Of a DNA stretch of 64,000 bases, positions 52,531 through 64,000 are shown in pieces. Both the position numbers and the translations under genes were made by a program. The notes under the pieces are model-generated. The model was given only the letters and a program-made list of their open reading frames with translations. It was not told where the DNA came from and did not search any database. Numbering within the stretch: position 1 is the first letter of the stretch; each line of letters starts with the position of its first letter. Source of the stretch: Paraspadella gotoi (Eukaryota; Animalia; Chaetognatha); assembly GCA_051294375.1 (NCBI GenBank), contig CM119264.1, positions 4,365,392-4,429,391 on the forward strand. Reading direction: 5' to 3'.

Positions 52531-55500
52531 GTTACAACCAAATAAGGTTATTATTCTCTTAAAATTAATTTGGGCGATTTCCTTTTTCAAAAAAACGTTT
52601 ACTTTTTAAAGAGGAACTAAACTTTAAATGGGTCGCACTTAGTAAGCCATTTAAAGGCGAGGGTTGGAAAAAATTCTTTTAAAATTTTAGCTTGAATAAA
52701 AAATTCCTAAAAGTAAAAAACAACAGTTCAATCTGAAAACCTTAACTGAAGTAAACAAAAATTTTTTTAATTATTTTAAATCCAATTTTACGCATTAAAA
52801 ATATATTTATAACATTAGTACTTTTTACAAAGGTTAATTTTTTTTAAAAGATTTTTAAACAAGATTTGGTTTCCTCGTAAAAAGTTGATAAAAATAAAAC
52901 TTGAAAATTTATTTTCCATTTAGGAGGTTAAAAGGTCACAAAAAAAAATTTAAATAATATGAAGCTCCAAAAAAATATTAATTTTTTGGGGTTATGTAAA
53001 CATATTTTTTTACATTTTTTAACGCAACTTAATGAAAAAATTTTTAAAAAATTGCTTTATAATTTTTCTTTTAAAATATTCAATCTGTAAGGATTTCTTT
53101 TTTGTTCAAACTTTTTGAAAGGGAATTCAAAAAAAAATACCAAAAAAACTAGAACTAATAGAAAAAAATCTATTTTTGAAATGATTATTATTTATTTTTT
53201 AAGGGATAGCCACTTATTTACCAAATACAAAAAAATTTAAAAAAAAAAATTTTAAGGGGATTTAAGGGGGTTAACCGGCATAAGGTTATTCATTTTTAAC
53301 CTTAAGTAGGTTGTATTTTACAAAAACATTTTTTCTTGCAAAACCAAATGGCGGTTAAAAAAATAGGTCTAAAAACCCAAATAAATTGGTTTATTTTTTA
53401 AGGGCGTGGCCAGTAATTTATTTCTTATTCAAATTTGAAGTTAGATTTTTGGCGAATAATTAATTTTTCTTTTCTTATAAAGTATTTTAATTTGGAAAAA
53501 CTTTGTTCAATTAGTGAAAGTACCAGTATTTTAAAACATTAAGGTATTAAAAAGAAATTCAATGCATTACAGTTGTTTAAAAAAAATAATTTTGTTGACC
53601 CAAAATTTTTAAAACTGTTGGAAAAATGGATAAAAAACGAAGGAAAAATTCTTTCAGTTTTTGCCCTCATTAAACTAATGAAAAACCCATTTCAAAAATT
53701 ACGAATTGGAAAAAAAAAAGAATTTTATTATTAAGTAAAAAATAGGTTTACCAAATAAACTTATTTTTTTGGCAAAAAACCCCGTTTGTGATTTTATTTA
53801 AATCTTTTAAAATGTACAAAATTTCAAAAATTAATTAGTTTTAATTTAATTTTTAATTAATGAGAGAAAGTGGAAGACGGATTTTCATTATTTTGAATTT
53901 TTAACCTTACATTTAGAGTCCAATTTTTTTAAAAACTCTAATAGCCCATTAAGCCGATTGAAAATTTAAAAATGGGGGCTTAGTATACAGCGGATAAAAA
54001 TTAAATCTATTTCATGAGGCATAGATTAAAAGTTTATTAAAATATTTTTTTGTCCAAAATTATTTCTTTTCTGGAGGGTTTACTAGCCAATTAAAAAATT
54101 TTATTTTATTATTAATTATATTAAAAAAAATAATTTTTTTTTTTGAAAATATTAAAAAATTTTTTTGATGGAATTTCTGATGGGGGGCATCAAAAGTTAA
54201 AAACGGAGGGAAATTTTTTATTTACAAGCCTTTTAAAAATTTTTACGTTTTTTCTCAATAAAAAATTCAAAAAACTTGATTAAAAAATTATTTCAAAGAT
54301 GATAACGATTTTTATGGTTTTTTTCTTATTTTGGACTGTGGGAAGGAAAAATAATTTTAAAAAAATATATACTTTGTGGAGGAACCACATTTTAGGAGTT
54401 ATTCTGAATCTGGTTTATTAAAAATTAAAAAAAAATTTGTTGGCTTTCCATATATTAAATAAAGAAAAAAAAATAATTTATTAGGCATTAAAAAAGCCTA
54501 TATAAGGATTGGCCAGAAGTAAAAAAAATGTATTAAATTTTTGTTTGGAAGCTTTTAATAAGGGATCAAAAACAAAAGTATTCAATGTTTCAATTTAGTT
54601 TCTGAAAAGCCCTTGCCAAATAGATAAAATAATGAAAAGAGAAAACCCAACTATAAGTAATTTAATAATTTATTAAGGACAGTGGAACAGGAGGCAAGGG
54701 TTTAGGTTTATAATTTAAAATTGTTGATGAGGCCATTTTTTGGTAAATTTTTGTTTTGGCCGGAACCAAAGGTTTTTGAAAAAACCATTTAAAAAATTAT
54801 TTATTTTAAAAAAAAATTATTATTTCTTACTTTTAATATATCCTAAACCTAAAACCCTCCCCCACCCCTAAACCCCCCTAAAACCAAGCGAAAATTAAAC
54901 CCCTATGGCAATTTAAATAAAATTCAAAAAACCCAATTATTTCGAACATAGAATTTTTAACAACTAAAAAACACGTTTAACAAAAAATTTTATTCTAGAT
55001 TTTTTCTTTTTAACAAAAAAATTAAAAATAAAACGTACGGTAAAAAAAAAAAGTAATTAATTTTAAATTAAAAACTTGTTATGAAATTTGGATACAAAAC
55101 TATATAATTTAATCCTTGTGGGGCGGTTATATTTTCACCACCGCCTTTCATTTAAAAATAAATGAAGCTATTTTGCCCTGACTTTGGAGGGTTTTAAGGG
55201 CCCTCGTTTTGATAATTTTTACTAACTATACCTTTTTTATCAAACTTTGACAAAAAAAAATGTTATAAAAAAAAAATTAATAAAATAATAAAAAAAAATA
55301 GGATTATATACTGGCGCAATACTAAAAATAAGTGGACGAGATGGAAAAAAACATAAGTTATGGGGAAATTAAAAGGCACCGACGATGGTAAATGCTAAAA
55401 GTTGGTTACGGGGTCGGGGCGAATAGTAAATTACCCGAATTTAAATAAAAAACTTTTTAAAAAAATTTTACTCAAAAAGTTTAAAAAAAAAATAAAGATT

Positions 55501-55790
55501 AAAATTTAGTTAGGACTACACAAAAAATAGTTTTTAGGTCTAAAAAACTAGCTATCATTTTTTGATAAAATCAACTACCGGTTTGCAAAATGGCAGCTTT
55601 GTTCAATTTCAAATGGTTTTCATGTTATTATGGGGGAAATTTTGAAAATATTTCACTGTTTAAAACTCTTAAGAGGTTAGAAAATCTAATGTTTCCCAAA
55701 TAACAACCGTGCAACTCGTAGATCCCAACGAGGCAAAGCAAACAAACGATCGCAGTAAAAATCAGTTGATTGAACGAGCTAAATTCTCAC

Positions 55791-56276
55791 CTGTCCGGGT
55801 TCATCTTGAATTTTGACAATTGGGTCGAGGCGATCGCGGGCTGGAATCTAAGTTTGTCGCCGGCCTGTTTGGATCCCTGGGGCCATTGATCTTTTGAGGT
55901 TGAGCCCCGGGCGATGGCCGTCGGGGGGGCGTCGTAGCGTGAGGGGGAGGACATGTTGACCCCACTTTGGACTCCCTCGGGGGATGACGGCGACGGGCCA
56001 TTCCCGAAGAACCGGGCGTACCATGGCGGAACCTGAGGACGCGGTGCCGATTCCCGGCCGTCCCGGACCGTCAAGAGTTCTGCCGGAGTGTGGGCGGGAC
56101 TAGACCGTGGGCGTTAAGTTTTCGGGCGTGCCGACCAGGGTCGGGGCTGGCCATGTCTCGGCGTCCAAACCGGCGCATGCGGGACGCGAGCGAGGAAGGG
56201 TCGATGCGGCGGCCGGGGATCGGAAGACGGCGGCAAAATAGAGAGGTTCAAATCCCTCTACGACGCAGCGAGGGTA
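55791..56276 (-). CDS. Leucine-rich-repeat exon fragment, probably Toll-like receptor ectodomain, truncated by a read fold-back
   Basis: GC-rich block ending at a minus-strand donor CAG|GTGAGA (55791/55790). Stitched peptides TSLRR..DLSN, P.TLR.L.VRDG and TNLDS..IASTQL fit the LRR consensus. Confidence 0.35.
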
Positions 56277-56305
56277 ATCTTCTCTCTCTCCCCTCGGGTG
56301 AGTAT
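56277..56305. other. Degraded PacBio SMRTbell-adapter-like sequence at the centre of a fold-back
   Basis: ATCTTCTCTCTCTCCCCTCGGGTGAGTAT versus adapter ATCTCTCTCTTTTCCTCCTCCTCCGTTGTTGTTGTTGAGAGAGAT. Flanked by inverted arms CGACGCAGCGAGG / CCTCGCTGCGTCG extending about 230-250 bp. Confidence 0.7.
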
Positions 56306-56715
56306 GACCTCGCTGCGTCGGTGGGGAGGGGGATGGGACCTCTCTAATTTGGCCGCCGTCTTCCCGATTTCGCCGCCGCCATTCGGGACCCCTTTCCCTT
56401 CCGCAATTCGTCGTCCGTCTGCGCCGGTGACGGCGGGGAAAGACATGGGGCAAAGCCCCGCCCTTGGGGGGACTCGCAAAACGCCGAAGCGTAACGTCAA
56501 CGGTAGTTCAAAAGCATTCGGCGTCTTTTACGGTTCGGGACCGGCGGATGGTTCTGGTGTCGTTGTCTGTTATCTAAATGACTCCCCTTGTCTACCCACC
56601 CGTAATTCGCGAGCAGTAAAAGCGCCGGACTTTTGTCGGGTTCAAAGATAAAAAGCTTCATTTTCGTCGCACAGACAGAGAGACAAGAGAGAGGAGAGAG
56701 AGAGAGGAGAGAAGA

Positions 56716-56746
<31 letters not shown>

Positions 56747-59700
56747 AGAGAGAGAAAGAAGAGGAGAGAGGAAAACAACTATTAAAAACATAAGGAACGA
56801 AATGATATAAGAAAAGAGAAAAAAAATTCTTCATCTCTCATTCATTATTCCGCCTCCGAAAAACTGGAGGGTCATTCCCTCGTAGAACGGGAGGTCGAAA
56901 AAAGGGCGGGGAAGGGAGGAGGGGAGGGGAGGGGTTAGGTTTAGTGATGGAGACACCTGGTAAATGGCCAGATGGCGACGAACGACGACGAGACGACGAC
57001 GACGACGAAGACGTTGGCGATGTTTTGCTCTTTCTTTTTTTTCTTTTTTTTCTTTTTTCCTCCCGCGTTATGAATTGATGAGTCGGAATACGGAGAAACG
57101 TCAACGCGTCGGGGACAAAGTGTGACATCTGCCTCGACGATGGTGGAAAGCAATTGACCCTGCAGGCGGTTGTTGTTGTCGTCGTTGTTGTCGTTGCTCC
57201 TCTTGTGGTTTCGTTAGTTATCGTTCGCTATTATTATTGTATTATTCGCTTGACGGGACGAAGCGACGGCTGTTTTCAGCAAAACGCTGCCATTGTTGCA
57301 AGGATGTCAATTGTGGCTGATGCAAGGAGTCATTGCAATTGCACGTGGTAAGCGACAGCTGGTTGATGTCGCCTCGAATGCAGGAAACCTATTTGCGTTG
57401 TTGTTGTCCCTGTCGTTGCCGCCCAAAATTGACGTCGTAAGATGCGGTGAGACAGTGAATCGATGAAGGAGGGTGGGGCAGTGAAAGTGACCGTGAAAGG
57501 AGGAACGCGTGATTGTGAGTTAACGAGAATGGGAGGGTGTTGAGGTGGAGGGGCAAGAGGGGCAAGGGGAGCAAAGGATGAGACAAATTTCGACTCATAA
57601 ATTTTTGAAAGTTGAATATATTTTCCCAACGGGTTCATTTTTTATGGAGGAAGGGAAAATCTGTTGAATTTTAGGAAGAAGGGATGAAAAGGAAATGTGA
57701 AGAAAAAAGGTAGAAAGAAAAGGGAAGAGATGAAAAAGTAATCTGTTTATATTAAAGATAAAAAGATATAAATTCGTACTAAGTTTTGACTTAAAAATAA
57801 AAAATGTACAATTATTTATTTTACTATAATGCACTAAGTTTTTTTAAAGTTTAAAAAGTTATATGGTATAGTTAAAGGTAGATGAAAGAAGATCGTGAAT
57901 TGATGTAAGCTGTGATTCTATCCGAGAAAGAAAAATAAAGAGGAAAAAAAGAGATGAATTAATGCGAAAGGAAAAAATATTAGGATTTGAAGGTGAGTTA
58001 ATTCAAGGATTAGAAGAGGAAAAAGGAAAGGAGGGGAAATATGAAGAGATTAGAGGAAAGGAGGATTAGAGAGGGGAGAAAGAGGAAAGGAGGGGAAATA
58101 TGAAGAGATTAGAGGAAAGGAGNNNNNNNNNNNNNNNNNNNNNNNNNNNNNNNNNNNNNNNNNNNNNNNNNNNNNNNNNNNNNNNNNNNNNNNNNNNNNN
58201 NNNNNNNNNNNNNNNNNNNNNNNNNNNNNNNNNNNNNNNNNNNNNNNNNNNNNNNNNNNNNNNNNNNNNNNNNNNNNNNNNNNNNNNNNNNNNNNNNNNN
58301 NNNNNNNNNNNNNNNNNNNNNNNNNNNNNNNNNNNNNNNNNNNNNNNNNNNNNNNNNNNNNNNNNNNNNNNNNNNNNNNNNNNNNNNNAAATAGGAAAGA
58401 TAAAATTATATGGAAAGAGAATTGGAAGATAAGAAGAAGGAAGGAAGGAGAAAAGTAGCGAAAACATATTGATTGTACCAATTTCATTAATAATAAAATG
58501 CAAAAATAAAGTGGAAAAACAATGAATGTAAAAGATGCGAAAAAAAGGTAAATAAAGGAAATATGATCGGATAGAAAAAGAAAAAGAGAAGTAGATTGAA
58601 TAAAAATAATAGAAAAGAATGCAGAAGATTGTAGAAAGAGAGAGAGACGAGAGAGAGAGGAACGAGAGAGAGAGTGGAGAAGAGAGAGGAGAGAAGGCAG
58701 AAGACGAGGAGAGAGAGACTTGCCAACGATTCGATGAGCCCGACGGTTAAGCATCGCTCAAGTCATTGTAGCAATTGTGTCATGTTACGTCTGTTGCGTC
58801 CTCCATGGAGTCGTCGTCTCGTCGTTCGTCGGTCGTCGTCGTCGTCGTCTGCTTCGTCGAGAAATAATTAACGGAGTTTTCGCAGCGAATCGAACGAACA
58901 GTTTTTCTCGTTCGTCTTTCTCTTCCTCTCTCTTTTCTTCTCTCTCTCTTCTTCTTTCATCTCTCTCTATCTTCTACTCTCTTCTCGGGTCTCCTCTCTC
59001 TCTCTCATCTCTCTCTATCCTTTCCTTCAGGGGAAGAACTTGCGTTTATTTTAGTTCTCTCGGAATCGCGTCGTCGTCGTCGTCATCGACGTCGTCCTTC
59101 TCGTTGTTGTCCTCCTCTTCCTCCCCGTTATAATCCCCTCTTCCTCCTCCTCCTCCTCCTCCTCCTCCTCCTCCTGCTCGAGAGCAAAGCTTCTCTCTTC
59201 TGGTTTAGTCGCCATTTCAGTCGCTCGAGTCTCGCGATGCATTTTTCCTCCTCTGGAGATCTCGTCCTCTCGTCGTTGTTGTTTTCGTCGTCGTTGTTGT
59301 TTGTTGCTATTGTTTTTGTCTTCCTCGTACGTAATTTTCTTCATTTACATCGTGAATACGTTTTCTACAAGCATCAACATTTTTTTTAAAAGCGTTCCTA
59401 TCATTCGTTTAAAAACAAAACCATTTTCGTGAATAATGAAATATTTTGGTTCGTTTCTCTAAATAAATAAAAAAACTGGTAAACTTGTTTTTTCATTAAA
59501 AGAAACGTTTTTGCTTCGGTTTCTTTACTTTATCCTTGGAAAAAAGAGTGAAAGGACTGAGAGAAGAGAAGAAAGAGAAGGGAAAAGAGAAAGAGAAGGA
59601 GAAAGAGAAAGAGAAAAAGAAGGAGAAAGAGAAATAGAAGGTGAAAGAGAAGAGAAGAAAAAGCAGAATAAAAAAGGGAGAAAGAAGGAAGAATTGAAAA

Positions 59701-60218
59701 GAGAAAAGAATAAAGAAAGAAATAAAGAGAAAAAAAAGAAAGATATAAAAAATTAATAAAAGAAAGAAAGAAAGAAAGAAAGAAAGAAAAGAAAAAAGAA
59801 AGAAGAGAAAGAAAGAAAGATAGAAATAAAAAAATAAATGAAAAAAGAAAAAAAGAAAAAAAAAAAGAAAAGAAAAAAGAAAAAGGAAAGAAAGAAAGAA
59901 AGAAAGAAAAGAAAAGAAAGGAGACAAGAAAAATAATAGAAAAACAAAAACAAACAAATGAAAAAGTAACGAAAATCAGTCAAGCAATCAAGCAAAGCAA
60001 GCCAGCACGCTTTCTCAATGGTCCAATCATCGGAAAATTCACGATATTCAGTTCAGCGTGACGCCTTTTTATCTGCAGCGGAATTAAAACGAACACAAAA
60101 AAAAATAATAAAAATTCAAAATAAAACGAATAAAAAAGAAAAGAAGAATAGAGCAAATAAAAAGGAACAAAAGGCAATAAAAGGCCAAAAAAAGGGAAAA
60201 AATGAGCATCTGGTTCGG

Positions 60219-60306
<88 letters not shown>

Positions 60307-61489
60307 CTCCAAAATAGACGCCTCCGCGATATCCATCGCCACGAATTTCAAAAACAATAAAATCTTCGCGACCTCAACGACCTCTTTCTGTTTCTGTTTC
60401 TGTTTCTGTTTTCTCGGTCGTTTTCTGTTTCTGTTTTATATTTTTGTTTCGTTCTGTTTTACTCTGTCTTTTTTCTATCTTGTTTCGTCTGTTTCTGTCT
60501 TCTCTTTCCCTTGATTGTTTTTCTGTTTCTCTCCGTCCTTCCAAAGCGCTTCTCCTTTCTTTAACCTTGTCTCCCTTTATATTTCAGTCTTTCTCCTTTC
60601 TTTTCTTTTTTTTTCTTTCCTTTTCTTTTTATTTTCTTTTTTTCTTTCTTCCTTTCTTCTTTAATGGAAAAAGAAAGAGAAAAAAAAATCGCGTTTCCAT
60701 TCGATTTCGTCGAAAAGCGTTTTTTTTTTCTTTGAGATTTAAAAAGTCCATTTCGGGACCTCATTTTTTTTTATTCTGCTCCTTTTAAGGATTTAAAAAC
60801 TCCATCTCGAGTTATGATAATCCTTTTTTCTTCCCATTGAAAACTGAAAAAGATTATTACTGGTTAAGTTTTTTAGTATTTAATTTTAATCTAATTTAAA
60901 TCAAGTAGATTCAATACGTTTACGACTCTTTTGATGCATTTTCCTCAGGAAGGTTTATTTGAACGGTTTTTTAAGTAGATCTTCAGCGATATTGTTAACT
61001 TGTTAATTATAATCTTAACCAACAGTTATAATTTTAGGCTTAGGTCTTCTTTTCTGGTAAAATTTTTACTCAAAATCTCAAAATAAAATCATCTCTTTCT
61101 CGACTCTTCCTCATTTCTCAGAAAAGCTTCGGCTGAAATGAAGGGAAATCGTAGAAAATCATTGGTTCGACGAAAGAGCGGTTTGAAGAATATTAAATCT
61201 TTTATACGCTTTGGTCTTGACACCGTTTAATTAAATTAAAGGGAAAATCGCGGAAAACGTTTGCTAGTTCTTCGTTGGTTAAAAACTTAATCAATCATTT
61301 CATTTTTTTTTTATTTAATTTTATTTGCTATCGGTGATTATGTTTTCGGAAGAAAAAAAAATCTATTCATTAAAAAGTAATTAATTAGATTATTTTTCTC
61401 GTCGTTTATCTTTTAAAGTTAAACAATCTATTCCGTGGTTAGACAAGGAATATCAGTGCGACTGAAATTTCATCAGCCATTTATAGATG

Positions 61490-61521
<32 letters not shown>

Positions 61522-61972
61522 GTCTCTTCCACTTTCTCGATACAGAATAAAATTTTATTTCAACTCAAACTTTTTCTTTCTTTTTTATTCGAATTTCGTT
61601 CCACTCATCTTCTTTCTTTCTTTATTTCTCGATTTCTTTCTTTTTTTCTTTCTTTCTTTCTTTCTTTCTTTCTTTATCTTATCTTTCTTTCTTTCTTTTC
61701 TTTCATTCTTTATTTCTTTCTTTTCATTCTTTCTTTCTTTCTATTTTCATCCTTTATTTCTTCCTTTCTTTTTTTTTTCTTTCTTTCTTTCTTTCTTTCT
61801 TTCTTGTTTTTTCTTTGGTTTTTCATTTTTGTCTATATTTTTTCATTATCTATTTCTTTTCTTTTCTTTTTCTCTCTCATTTTCTTTTTCTGACTTTCCA
61901 TTTCAACGCTTTGGTTAAAAAAAGCTTTCGTCTTCCTAAAAAACAAATCGTCTCGCTCTCAAAGTCTTTTCA

Positions 61973-62030
<58 letters not shown>

Positions 62031-64000
62031 CGTTACTTTTTTACGTTCCTAAAAAATAAAACTACGATATGCTAAATTAATCCATCTGAAAGATTAAAGA
62101 TTAATTTTTATTCAATATTGATTTAAAAAAAACTAGAAAATAGCACTCGATCATTCAATATTCATATTTTTGTTTATAACTCAATTATACGATATTCGTT
62201 CATACGCAATATAGATCAATTTGAAGAAAACCAAATTATTCAGCGCGCCTTCACGCGAATGAATAAAACAAAACAAGAACTTTNNNNNNNNNNNNNNNNN
62301 NNNNNNNNACTTTTTTCCCTTATTTTTGTGGGGGTGGGGTTTGGCCCCCACCCTCCTTTCTTCTCTTCTTTTCTCCTCTTGTTTATTTTTCCTCATCAAA
62401 ATTGATTTTTCATTACTTAATTACGAAGACGAGCGCGGAGGAAAAGACGGAAGGCAACATTTTTTATGATGGGAGATGAAGGACAGATCGAAAGAAAATT
62501 ATTCATTTTTGACCGACAGGAGTTTAAGAAAATTTTCCGTCTTTATGGATCTCAGGAGACAGGATGAGAAAAAAATACTTTTGTGGTAGAGTTCCGGGTT
62601 GGAGAGACAGGGGTTTAATGAATATCTTTATGAAAGGAGATTTAGAAAGAACAGTGTTGAAGAAAATTTCCATTTTAGGAGGGTTTATGGAATTGGAAGG
62701 ACAGAGTAGAAGAAAATTTTTCCATCGAACACGGTTTCCATCTTTTATTTATACTCTTTTTTTTTTATATTTTCACGATAACAATTTTTTTTTTTCTTAT
62801 TTCTTGTCTTCGATGTTTCACTTTTTTTTTTCCTTCTTTTTTTCTTTACCTTCTACTTATTTCTCCATCGCTTTTTTTTCTCGTTCTCTTCTACTTTAAA
62901 CTTTCTCTTCGCTCATGCATCTCACAATCTCTCCTTTATTCTCTCTATTCTTTTATATGGGGTGATTCTTTACTCTTCTATTATTTTCATCTATTGTCTT
63001 TCTTCCACTCTCTCTCTTCTTCTCCATCTCGTCTCATCCCTCTCTCCATCCCTTCTCTCCTCCTCTCGGTTCTTTTTTTGGGTTCTCTTCTTTCTTTCTT
63101 CTCTTTCGTCATTTTTTCTATTTTTCGGTTTGTGTTAACACAGTGTTTTCCTTTTGTTCTCACTTCCTCTCTCGATGTGACTTCTTTCTTCCTCCTCAAA
63201 CTTTCCCTTTTTCCTTATTTTACCATCTCGGTTCTTTTCTCTACTCCTTCTTAGGCGCTCACAGTGTTCCCTTAACCTCATCCCACTCCTTCGTCTTCTT
63301 CTCCACTCGGCGGAGCGATTTTCCCCACCTTTCACCTCCTCTAATTCTTCGGTTTTTCCTCTCTTCTTTTACCCTCTCTCCCTCTCTAGAAACAAACTTA
63401 CTAATTTTTAGAGTCGCCGTTTTTTTTCCTCTCAAAAACTAAAAGTCTCCATATTCAACTTTTATGTGAAACTCGAGTCTCGTGGAACTATTTTGACTAA
63501 CGGCGATGGACCACGACGCGACGTAACGGAACGACGATAGACGACGACTGGCATCTCACATGTCAATATCATTCCTTTCCTTCTGCTTCAAAGAGGGTGG
63601 CTTGTGTGTTGCTCAAGAGAAGAGAATCCTTCTAGATCGGCTGTTGATATGGAGAGTCACATCACGAAAGATATGGACCCAGGAAATGCAAGGGTCAAAA
63701 AAGGTCGTGAAAATTGTTTAAAAATCTTAAAGATTTTTTTTGCCTTCTAAAATATTTTCTTTAAAAAGAAAAATAGTTGTATTGTATACACCGGTCTTGA
63801 GTAGCAATGTTATCTTCTGAAATTTTTCCAAATGTGAAAGTAAAATCAATATTAACCACAACAACTACTGCACAAACAACCGATGACCTAAATCTTCTTT
63901 TTCAACCCTCTTTCTTAGTTTTTCCTTTAGTTTATGTGACGCATATTAATTCTTGGTCTTTTTTTTTATTTCCAGCTTCGAAACCTTCTTTTATCCCCCC

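Larger units (their letters stand above)
46823..56660. other. Low-accuracy (unpolished long-read-like) segment
   Basis: Starts after a 25-N gap, shows pervasive homopolymer inflation and doubled bases, and ends in a fold-back whose two arms differ heavily by indels. Confidence 0.75.

Noticed and set aside
56045-56552. Long hairpin ncRNA or miRNA/siRNA precursor
   Set aside because: The loop resembles the SMRTbell adapter and the arms differ by read-error-like indels.

Overview
This is AT-rich, microsatellite-laden eukaryotic draft sequence, probably from an invertebrate, with many N gaps. One intact spliced gene can be built by hand: a 6-coding-exon, 829-aa XK-related (Xkr scramblase-like) protein at 2289-7043 (+). 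It has a canonical Xkr N-terminal half and an unusually long, unrecognised multi-pass C-terminal half. Just downstream are an RTE-like 5'UTR fragment and a 199-bp Penelope-type insertion with a 12-bp TSD, a long hairpin and a minimal hammerhead ribozyme. Helentron/DINE-like non-autonomous elements flank the gene, and a TTAA-flanked MITE lies in intron 2. About 19 kb (14.5-33.4 kb) is direct and inverted re-copying of 3.8-16.4 kb, and the indel pattern and junctions point to long-read gap-filling artefact. The stretch 46.8-56.7 kb looks like an unpolished long read and ends in a fold-back around a SMRTbell-adapter-like sequence. Despite the errors, it appears to hide a Toll-like receptor gene (LRR + TM + TIR) on the minus strand. 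Most ORFs in the supplied track are microsatellite noise. I found no convincing novel multi-gene system.
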